A DNA stretch of 64,000 bases from Macrostomum lignano (lineage: Eukaryota), in assembly GCA_002269645.1 (NCBI GenBank), contig NIVC01003710.1, positions 17,352-81,351 of the forward strand. The letters are read 5' to 3'. The stretch's first letter is position 1. The number at the start of each line of letters is the position of its first letter. Shown one piece after another: positions 55,045-64,000 of the stretch. The position numbers were made by a program, and so were the translations under genes. The notes under the pieces are model-generated. The model was not told the origin of the DNA, did not search any database, and was given only the letters and a program-made list of their open reading frames with translations.

Positions 55045-56192
55045 TTAGTTCGCTGATATTAGTTGGTTCTCATAAAACGAACCCAATATTTCTTCACCGT
55101 CCTTATCAGCAATTATATAGGTTGTAGGATTGGTATTTAAAACTTTACTGATAGTAAATTTCTCACTTATCTTCCAATATCCTTTTCTTCCTTTTTCAAA
55201 CTTATCTTTCCATTTATAGATATAAACAGAATCACCAACCTTAAAAGATTTCTTTTTATTTTTTTCAAATTTTCCAAAAGTAACTTTAACGTTTTCAGGA
55301 TTGTTATAAGCTTGTTGAGGAGTCATCTTTATCGCCGAATGATATGAATTGTTATAATCTTTCACTACGTCTGGTAATATTTTTACCCATTTTTGGTTAC
55401 CATTAAGACTAAACTGAAACCATAATTTCTTACCTAAAGTTCTATTAAATCTTTCTATTAATGCGTTTTTACTCTCTCCATAAATAGAATAAATTTTATT
55501 AATATACTCCCCATTCGCGTCTTTTTTCCTTTCTTGTCCTTTTTCAAAATGATATAATTTATACATATGAGGATTGTAAAATTCTTTTCCTTCGTCAACA
55601 CACAAACGTTCGCTTTTTTCTCCAAGACTTCTAAAAGCAGCAGCAACATCCTCTCCTTTTTTGGATTTCAAAGGAACAGCCCACGCGTATCGAGTAAAAC
55701 CATCTAATATGGTTAAGATATATTTATATCCTCTTTCGTTCGGCATCGACATTAAATCAGCATACCAAATTTCATTCTTTTTGAAGTTCATGATTTTTCT
55801 ATAAAATTTAGGTTTTCGATATTCTTTATGAAGAACCTTAGCCTTATCATAACTTAGCCCACTACCACTTAATAACAAACATTCGACACAATTATTACCA
55901 TGTTGGTTGTAATTAATTCCTAAACCAAATTTAACTTTAGATTGTAGAATTTTTTTAACCATCCACCTAGTTAATCTTTGCCCTACCGATAATCCCTGCA
56001 AGTTATCTAATCCTTGAATCATTTTTTGATCGGCTTCATGTTTTAATCTTAATGCTTCCTCGGGCGGGTTCTTGTCAGCATCTCTATATGCTAAGTCGTG
56101 ATAGTATGCTAACCAATCAATCCCATTTATTGGAATTGAATCGGCTTTTGGGTGTCATCAGGATTTAATCTCAAATCTAAGCGAGTGCCGGG
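55045..56192 (-). CDS. Exon 2 of the PLA2X-integrase fusion: PLA2 catalytic region followed by a Polinton rve (DDE) integrase
   Basis: PGTRLDLRLNPDDT(P)KADSIPINGIDWLAYYHDLAY...EADQKMI...KVKFGLG, then KVLHKEYRK, WYADL, YILTILDGFTRYAWAVPLKSK, VDEGKEFYN, IERFNRT, YNNSYHSAIKMTP, FKVGD..GSFYENQL. One -1 homopolymer frameshift near 56150; no chromodomain. Confidence 0.92.
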
Positions 56193-56495
56193 TAGTTTAC
56201 CCTCAATCTTTCGAAAGAGGCTGGAGCACACCTTAAGCGGCGATAATTACCGCCCATCTCCGTCTGCTCTCTGAACCTTCTCCTTATATTTAAAATACTT
56301 AGGAGCTTGGCTGCGCATTGCCACCGTGTCTTCAAGCTTTTTACCTTTGGGAAGAGGAGTTACCTCTGTTCCTTCAAAAGATTTCTCAATTGAAGTGGTA
56401 CTTGAAGCTGTATGATGGGTTTCACGCAATTTGGAGATGTCGCCACAAATAGTGACTAGCAAGGACATTGCCTTCCTCACTCAGGCCACGGGTTA
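56193..56495 (-). ncRNA. Group I self-splicing intron (IC1-like, 303 nt)
   Basis: P AAAUUGCGUGAAA; Q GGCAAUGCGCAGCCAAGCUCCUAAG; R GUUCAGAGAGCAGA; S AAGGUGUGCUCC. P3 CAUCUCC/GGAGAUG; P7 G(A)GAGCA/UGCUCC; P5abc with GAAA L5b; 11-nt-like receptor CCUAAG..UAAGG; U.G at the 5' splice site. Removal restores MNFTG-PGT. Confidence 0.93.
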
Positions 56496-56621
56496 ACCTG
56501 TGAAGTTCATTGATGGTAGGTGTAGTTCCCCTGTATATTTACCAGTAGTAAAGATTGGTGGTAAGCTTGTTAATCCTTTTTGAACATCTAACAATCCTCC
56601 TTCAAACACTATTTGGTTCAT
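56496..56621 (-). CDS. Exon 1 of the PLA2X-integrase gene (MNQIVFEGGLLDVQKG...GELHLPSMNFTG)
   Basis: AAAAATG start; 42 codons ending in GGT. GELHLPxxNFTG joined to PGT is the parvovirus-like PLA2 Ca-binding loop. Confidence 0.88.
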
Positions 56622-57170
56622 TTTTAATAGCCTTAAAAATACATGAAAGCACCAATTGTTTTGCAAACTCTTCAATGGTTGGTTGTTTAACTTTTTTATA
56701 GTTATTATCTACGCTAGTTAAGTATCTTTTATTTCTCCAATTTTCAGACTTTTTAATCTGATCATCGTCTTTGTAACTAAATGAAGAAGCGGGGATGAAA
56801 TGATCAATATCTAACTTTCCAGTATAATCTTTTGATACATAATAATTTCTTGTGAAATTTAACCAATCAAAAAAGAATTCTTTTGTGCAACCAAGATATG
56901 AGATATAGTCCTTGTCATTAAAATTTTTCAACGCCCAATTTATTCTATTTCTAATTAAAACAATATGTTTGTAATTATCATCAGTGTGATACTTATTTTT
57001 TCTATATTCATTCCATTTATCTTTATTGTTTTTTATCCAAATAGCAGATGAGGTATTATGACAAGATCGACAATCATTTCTAAATTTTTTTGAATCATTT
57101 CTCCAAAAATAAAATTCTTTGTCATCGGTTTTTCTTGTTTACACTTAGTACAAATCTTATTAGTTTCCAT
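56602..57170 (-). CDS. HNH-family endonuclease with N-terminal CxxC-CxxC zinc ribbon (giant-virus type), frameshifted near the 5' end
   Basis: METNKICTKCKQEK...CRSC...YLGCTKEFFFDWL...LDIDHFIPASSF...ENWRNKRYL..VDNNYK; TATAAAATG start at 57170. Confidence 0.75.
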
Positions 57171-57197
57171 TTTATAAAAAATAAATTTAACAATTAA

Positions 57198-57862
57198 TTA
57201 AACACCAGTATGTCCAGCAGCTTTCGCAGCAGCTAAAACAAGTTTTCGTGGTGTTTTAAATCCATCACCAACAGCTAGCTTGTTATTTATAGAATTAACA
57301 ATCCTTTTATACAAGCTGGTATTTTTAACAGCTCCTCCTAACTCATCATAAAAAATTCTAGCACTTATTAATTCATCCCTAGTATATAAATCAGGGTTAA
57401 ATTTTACCCTAGGGTTCATAACAATATTATATGCTCCACCCAATTCTCTATATAGTTCATTTCGATTTTTATCAACTCCACCAATTCGATAATTATTATT
57501 ACCTAAATCTGTCGCAGCAATACTAGCTGGTACTCTTGGATATTGTTCCCGATCGCCCCGCTCTGCACGTCTAATCTCTGCAATTCTCAATTGTGCTTGA
57601 TCAACATCATAAGCAGGCGGCTCATCTAAAAGTTCATCCTCTTTTGGCTCAGTATTTTTAGCAATTTTTTCCAGAAGATCTTTATCTGTTTTTTCTAGTT
57701 CACTAATTTTCCCAGTAATAGGATTAACAAAAGGAGCAGCAAATCTTTCACCGCTAATTGTATTCCTAACTTTCTTTTTTGTAAATTTCTAACAAAATCA
57801 GAATATCTTTGCTTCTCTTTATAAATCGCTAACTCTCCATCAACGTCCATAAATTGACTCAT
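57198..57862 (-). CDS. Viral hypothetical protein (frameshifted; includes ORF 57198-57590)
   Basis: AAAAAATG at 57862; reading frames join through A-runs (MSQFMDVDGELAIYK...AAPFVNPITGKISELEK...LRIAEIRR...HTGV*). Confidence 0.55.
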
Positions 57863-57896
57863 TTTTTAACATAAAAAACTTTTTTAACTTAAAAAA

Positions 57897-59450
57897 ATGG
57901 CTGAAACAAAAACTATGTGGAGTGATAAATTTCATTTCAAAAAGCACCGACAGTATATTAATGAGGTCAGAGCAAGAGATTTAAATTATACCCTACCAAC
58001 AAGTGATAATTCAAATAACTTTACTACTGGAACGGTAACTTTTGACATCGGCGCAACCAACACTATATTGGATATGAAAAATGCATTTTTCCCGTGTTAG
58101 ATGGTTGTATACTAGAAATGATGGAACTGCTCTTGCAGCCGGAGATATCGCAGATCGATCCGGAATAATAATAGAAAATGATTGGTTTTATAAATGTTTT
58201 TCCCAAGCTCAACTAACTGTTAATGGTGCTGAGGTTGAGACATCATCAAACCCCGCAGAGATTAATGGAGTTTTGAAACATTTAAATTATACTTATTTAT
58301 CAAAACAAGTTGGTGATAATGTTGGGTGGATGCCGGATAAAGGTAACGGTCAAGCAGTAGTTTTCCCTAATGTACAAAACGCAGCCGGTGCAGATACTGC
58401 AGCGCTAATTGTTTACCTTAATACAAACATAGTTCCAGTTGTAACCACTATGACTAATACAAAAGATATTAATACTGGTTTTATAGATAGACGTCAGAAT
58501 AAATTCCCAGTCGCGGTTTTAACCACAGCAACAGCATATGAGCAGGACTTTTCAATCTTCCCTATTTGGGTTTTCTCACCAAATCGGGTATGGAAAGGAT
58601 TAAAATTTGGGATACAGTTGCAAATATCTGGTGGATATCAGCCTAGGATACTTTATGGAACCTCAATTTCAACCGATATAGCAGTTCGTATAGATTCAAT
58701 TCAATTAGTCGTACCAACTATTGAGGTAACAGCCCCACTTTTAAAACACATCGATAATCAGTTAACGCATGATCAGGAAATATTTTATTTGAATCGTCGA
58801 CATTTTATGCGAACCATTAATAATAACCAGGATTCATTCCAGTGGCAAATACTGACATCAAAACGTCGGGTGAGATATATTTTTGTTTGGTTTAAGATAA
58901 CAAATAGAAGGAGTAAAAGAGCAAATGGGGATTTATATTGGCTTCAATCCGGTGCCATAGCAGAACAAGCAGCCACCGCAACAGACAATGCGGCTGCAGC
59001 TATTAACGAGTTTAATGTTCAGAATATCCGCCTGCAGGTTGATGATCAATATTATCCGGTTAAAGACCCCTAAATTTAAATATAGCAAATAATAATGTTA
59101 ATGATTTTATAAAATATTATCAAGATTATGCTAAAAATGAAGCGTATGCCGTCCCTCAGTACACACCCACAGAGTTTCTAAACATTCATCCAGTGGTTGT
59201 TTATGATCTAACGGCACAGAAAGAAAACGTAGCCAATATTGGACTTAATTATATGTTAGAGATTAATAAAACCGGTAATCAGGCACTTGACGCCCACGTA
59301 TTGTTTCTAGAGGAATATATGTCAATTGCTAAAGCTGATGGCACGATTGTTCGGGACGCCCATTGTAAAATGAGTGCAGTGCAAAGCACGTCGCACCACT
59401 TTAGTGTCGCAGGTCTCCGACCGTCGCGCCTATTTAAATTATTTCTTTAA
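57897..59450 (+). CDS. Major capsid protein (double jelly-roll, Polinton hexon/PY), in three frames owing to homopolymer indels near 58091 and 59070
   Basis: FDI..TNTILDMKNAFF(R)VRW; FSQAQLTVNGAEVET; IQLVVPTIEV; RVRYIFVWF; NIRLQVDDQYYP..(L)NL; VVVYDLTAQKE; DAHVLFLEE. Size and position fit an MCP. Confidence 0.82.
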
Positions 59451-59452
59451 AA

Positions 59453-60249
59453 ATGGTAAAGGCAAAACACGATAAGATATTTCCAAATGATCCTTTTCTT
59501 TGTTTAGTAATCGGAGGATCAGGTAAAGGAAAAACACACTTTGTTTACGATTTATTAACAACAGATGGAATGTTAGACTATAATAATTTAATAATTTATA
59601 CTAATAAACCTAGAATAAAATATTATGAATTTCTTAAACATGGATTAAAAAACAAATTAAAAAAAGATGTCTTGTTTAGAATGTTAAGAGCATATGAGCA
59701 ATATGAGGATGATGACGAACCGCGATTTAATCTAGCAGACATTGAGGATTTATGTAAAACAATGGCACAACAGCCAGAAAACATCACCGATCGCCCGAAG
59801 GGTCGCGGACTTCGTCCGATCGCGCCCAACTGTTAGAGTATCAACCCGATTAGCCTATGATCAAATTCCAAAAATGATAAAACACTAATTATTTTGATGA
59901 TTGTATTAATGACGGTGATCAAGAATTGCAAAAGGAAATTTTTGTTAGTGGTAGAGGAGATGGAATTGGAGCTTTTTATCTTACTCAATCCTTTAGAGAA
60001 TTAGAATCGATTATAAAAAAGAATGCTAGCTGTTGTGTAATGTTTGATTTAGATAACTATGATCTACAAAATATTCACGCTAGATTTAATCCCGGATTGG
60101 ATGCAAAACCATTTAAAAGTATGTGTAAAAAAATTTGGGATGATAGCCAATACAAACATATTTATATCAATCCGAGGTTAGAAAGGAAACATAGAATTTT
60201 AACAAATTTGATAAAAGAAGATAATGAGGAAGAAGAGGATCGTGCATAG
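59453..60249 (+). CDS. A32/FtsK-like genome packaging ATPase (frameshifted at about 59829-59895)
   Basis: Walker A GGSGKGKT; Walker B LIIFDDC (reconstructed); SGRG..FYLTQSF..IKKNA..F. Confidence 0.9.
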
Positions 60250-60284
60250 CACGCGGACTTCGTCGTTAATTTCCCACTATAAAA

Positions 60285-61059
60285 ATGACTACAAATTTAA
60301 ATACTATAAAACAATTGGTAGATCGAACTAATTCAAAATTTAGTACAACATTACAGTTTATAATGACAACCAGCGAGCAACGGATTCAATTGCGCGATCC
60401 ATTACAACTTGATCAAAGCCTAAGTTATCAAATAGGTTTAATCTATTTTCGGTTTTCAACATGCCTCAATTAATTAATGCAACAAATAATCAATTTAGAT
60501 ATTCTAAAGATTCCGGAGCCAATTGGACAACATTTAGCGTTAACCCAGGAGCGTATAGCTATACTGATTTGAATGCTTATATAGAAGGAGAATTAACAAC
60601 TAATGGTGATTGGGTAGCAGGAGCAATTGTTATAGGTGTTGATTTACCGTCTGGCAGATTCACACTATCACTAGGATCCGGATATCAGGTTGATTTCACA
60701 ATTGCAAATTCACTCAGAACCATACTTGGATTTAATTCCCGAATAGTTACCACATCAAGCACCGGTGATACCGTGGGAAATATTGAGGGTGGAGTAATAC
60801 AATTAATATAACAACCGACATATCAAACGGCGTTATATAACAGATAATAATGGAGTTTTGGTTCAACGTGGAATTATTTATTCAATCCCATTTCTTGCTG
60901 TTCCAATTGGAGAGAAAATGATTGTTCACCCAAACCCCAATATATTATTAAATCAATATAGTTCAATCAATTTATATTAGGATTGTAGATGAAAGCGATA
61001 GATTAATAAGTTTTGGTGGGCAGTCAATAACAATAATTTTACGTATAAAACAGGTTTAG
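60285..61059 (+). CDS. Minor capsid protein (penton, single jelly-roll), frameshifted
   Basis: YQIGLIYF..N..INATNNQFRY, NPGAYSYTDLN, VDFT..NSLRTILGF, then IYSIPF..PIGEKMIVHP and IRIVDESDRLISFGGQSITIILRIKQV*. Confidence 0.85.
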
Positions 61060-61099
61060 ACCGAAGGTTCGCGGACTTTGTCCGTTTCCTATAGTAAAA

Positions 61100-61304
61100 A
61101 TGGGTAATCGAACAACATGTTCGCGTGCAAAGCACGATAATAATAATAATTTAAAAAACAATCAGAAAAAGTTAAAAAAGCTGAAGATAATTACGAACTA
61201 GAACTAGCAAAATTAAGGCAGTTACAAGCTGATAAAATAAGAAAGGAATTGTTAAAACCCACACCTACGAAACTAACTAAAACCAAGAGTTTTTCAGGAA
61301 CATA
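61100..61304 (+). CDS. Small basic/coiled-coil viral protein starting MGN (frameshifted)
   Basis: AAAAATGGGT start; continues after an A-run shift as KKAEDNYELELAKLRQLQADKIRKELL..SGT*. Confidence 0.4.
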
Positions 61305-61306
61305 AA

Positions 61307-61746
61307 ATGACCATGACGTGGGATGATTTTAAACAAAGATATGGAACGGACACAACAAGCAATATCGAATTAACAAATTGGGCGAGGCAGTTAAAAATAA
61401 AACCATTCAGATGTGTTATGCGAGATGAGATCAAAGACTTACCACAATATGGATCTTTCATTGTTAATATTGAAACAACAAAAGAAAATGGTGTTCATTG
61501 GTCGCAGTTTATTCCAAACCTAAACTTGTTTATTTTTTTGATTCATATGCGCTTCCTCCGTTACAGGAAATAAAAGACAAATTTAATCATACTAAAAATC
61601 GTTTATGTGGAGATCATCACGAACAATTTCAAACATTTGATAAAAGTTATTGCGGGCAAGCGGCGTTGTATTTTTTATATCGACTTTCGAATGAAGCTCG
61701 TGTAAACCCCGAAGTATTTAAGAATATTTTAGACTCTATAAAATAG
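61307..61746 (+). CDS. Adenain-like cysteine protease (one frameshift at 61500)
   Basis: TSNIEL..., IVNIE...GVHW(V)AVY, YFFDSY, QFQ.FDKSYCG: His-Asp-Gln-Cys catalytic set. Confidence 0.92.
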
Positions 61747-61756
61747 ACAGTAAAAA

Positions 61757-63800
61757 ATGTTATTTTCTGGAACACCCTCATGGAACGGAACAACAAGTAG
61801 TGGTGGTGGTGGCACATCTGGTGGAATAAGTGTTACCTTCGGAGATAATCGATATATTAATGAGGATGAAGGTTATAAAAAAAGTGAAGTTGATACTAAA
61901 CTAAATTTAAAAAGAAATGTTGCAGATTCCTATACCAAAACTCAAATAGATGATTCACTAAATCTGAAACGGAACGTAGCCGATTCCTATACCAAAACCG
62001 AAGTTGATAATTCATTAAATTTAAAACGCAATACAGCCGATTCTATACCAAAAGAAGTTGATAATTCATTAAATTTAAAACGCAATACAGCCGATTCTTA
62101 TACCAAAACCGAAGTTGATAATTCATTAAATTTGAAACGGAACGTAGCCGATTCTTATACCAAAACCGAAGTTGATAATGGATTAAATTTAAAAAGAGAT
62201 GTAACTGATTCTTATTCTCGAACTGATTCTGATTCACGTTATGTTCAAACCACCGCAACCGGAAACCTAGATATGAGCAACAACCGAATTATAAATGTTT
62301 CAATTACAACTAGTGATTCAGTGGTTGATAAGAACTATGTCGATAATCAAGTTGCCACTCGTAGTGGTAATATTAATATGAATAATTTTAAATTAACAAA
62401 TTTATTATTTGGAACAGATAACGCAGACTCGATAACTCTAGGCCAAGTAAATGAGCGAGCTAATGCAACCAACGCCGATATTTTTACCACGCCGCTTACA
62501 TCAAATACTTCAAATCCTGATGTTGTTCTTACAGCATCTGAAAATGGCAACACAGCTTTTCGAGTTGGAGATGGAAGCCTTGCGACACAATGGTCACCAA
62601 ATACCGGAACCACAACCAATATGGAAATTCAATTTGAATTTTTAGGTTATAATAGAAGAATATTTGAATTAAGAATTACAGGCAGTGAAACAATTGAGAT
62701 ACCCTCGGGTGGTCGGTTCGCGCGCAAAAAATGTTGCTACCGATTCATGGACAACATTAACTACGTCGGGATCACCAGTTCAAGCAACATCATTTGCTCT
62801 ATCTAATTTAACGACTAATTTTTGGAAATATTATAGCGTATTCTTCCCAACTGGTGGTACCGGTACACAACCTATCGAGGTTCGTCAAATACAATTATTT
62901 GAACACCGTGTTGAAATTCAAGATCTTAATTGGCCAACTCAAATACTTTCTGCAGTTCCGCGAGCGTACGTAGATCAGCTAGCTACTCCAACATCAAATG
63001 GTAGAATGTCTGGAAGCGATAAAAATAAATTGGATGGAATACCTGCTATTGATGCGGCCTTGTTCGAACCAGTAATTTGCAATTGGTCTGGATATCAAAA
63101 TCCAACAACCGCCGGAGATATATATCCAGTCGGTTCTTTAATTGGTGACGCTTCTTATATCGATTATCAAAATGGAGCTAGAATTACTCGTGAAACTGGT
63201 GGGGTCAGTGGTGCTTTACAATTCAATTTCACACATTTTCAAAATATATCTGCGTCTTTCTTTTTCCGAGTTGCTAATTCTACAGGAACTGGTGCAGATG
63301 CGGTTTGGTTTTATGCATACTGTCACCAACGTCCAACATCGGAAAGCGGGGCAGGTTTATCAACAGACGCTGGATTGATAGTTTTTGCTAGTGAGTGGCA
63401 TGATAAATTTGGCCTACTTTGGAGTTCAAAAAAATCAGACGGATCAAGCCGCGCGGATGTTAATACTGACGCGGATCAAACGGTAGATTATGCAAATATT
63501 GATAACGGTGATTGGCATCTGTTTGAAATTAATATTTTAAATCAAAGGGTTTGGTATAGAATTCATACATACAATGTTGCTGGTGATTCTTATACCCTCA
63601 TTGGACAGAACGTTTTCACATATGATAGTGGAACTTGGGGAACTTTAGATAAATCTGGAACCCTTATGGGTTTTGGTGCTCGAACTGGTGGAGCGGATGC
63701 TGCACATTTTATTCGTGGTGCAGTTGTATGTGGTAGTACGTCGTTTGGTTATGTTTTTCCATCTACTGGTTATTTGGAAAAACCTCCTACTCAAATATAA
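61757..63800 (+). CDS. Fibre/receptor-binding protein: 19-aa stalk repeats, discoidin/F5-8C-like domain, C-terminal L-lectin-like domain (frameshift near 62700-62725)
   Basis: (KRNVADSYTKTEVDNSLNL)x5-6; LDMSNNRIINV / NMNNFKLTNL..GTDNADS; AFRVGDGSLATQW...W...DSWTTL; GRMSGSDKNKLDGI; GADAVWFY..NGDWH..MGFGARTGG..AHFI. Confidence 0.75.
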
Positions 63801-63833
63801 AATATTTATATATATAAAATATTTCTATATAAA

Positions 63834-64000
63834 ATGGCTTTTAGTAGAACCCCATCGATGCGGCAAAATAATGTTATTATTCCTATTCCTAAACAAGAAT
63901 CAAATATAAAAACATTCAAATCTCATACCAAATTTTTATTTAGTACTGTAAATGTTCAGGATAATAAGAAGCTTCAAGAATTAATTAAGTTATTAAAAAT
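63834..64000 (+). CDS. Start of the next viral ORF (MAFSRTPSMRQNN...), truncated by the window end
   Basis: TATAAAATG start, open to position 64000. Confidence 0.45.
   Translation, partial: MAFSRTPSMRQNNVIIPIPKQESNIKTFKSHTKFLFSTVNVQDNKKLQELIKLLK

Larger units (their letters stand above)
54155..64000. mobile_element. Integrated Polinton/Maverick (adintovirus-type) provirus, left portion; continues beyond the window
   Basis: AGTAGT terminus, abrupt switch to AT-rich gene-dense DNA, and a gene set of rve integrase, PLA2X, MCP, A32/FtsK ATPase, penton, adenain protease and fibre. Confidence 0.95.

Noticed and set aside
56247-56480. 77-aa ORF in the provirus
   Set aside because: Lies wholly within the group I intron core; it is a chance ORF with no endonuclease motifs.
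56193-56495. piggyBac-like ends (TTAACCC...GGGTAAA) or a spliceosomal intron as explanation of the insert
   Set aside because: No true TTAA TSD or TIR, and excision would not restore the frame. There is no GT-AG pair in the right phase, whereas the group I core explains the whole sequence.
54155-64000. DNA polymerase (pPolB) gene
   Set aside because: No PolB motifs are found in the window; it is expected further downstream.

Overview
Animal (metazoan) nuclear DNA, very rich in micro- and minisatellites, with GC3-rich genes; the style is consistent with a flatworm such as Macrostomum (inference). Host part (1-54154): a 4-exon Mab-21/cGAS-like receptor (cGLR) gene with a long repetitive C-terminal extension, a PH-ArfGAP gene, trimethyllysine dioxygenase (TMLHE), a single-exon rhodopsin-class peptide GPCR, a Six3/6 homeobox gene, a 5'-truncated LOA/R1-type non-LTR retrotransposon (RT + RNase H) with a 14-bp TSD inside a satellite, and about 30 tandem arrays. 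From 54155 to the window end the DNA becomes AT-rich and gene-dense. It is the left part of an integrated Polinton/Maverick (adintovirus-type) provirus: AGTAGT terminus, PLA2X-integrase, HNH nuclease, major capsid, packaging ATPase, penton, adenain protease and a lectin-type fibre. No pPolB lies in the window. Main discovery: the viral PLA2X-integrase gene is interrupted, exactly in its NFTG|PGT motif, by a 303-nt IC1-like group I self-splicing intron (56193-56495, minus strand) with covarying P3/P4/P7 helices, and a free-standing HNH endonuclease gene sits directly upstream. The provirus is also punctuated by GC-rich triloop single and double hairpins at gene ends. All calls were made by eye, with no database searches.
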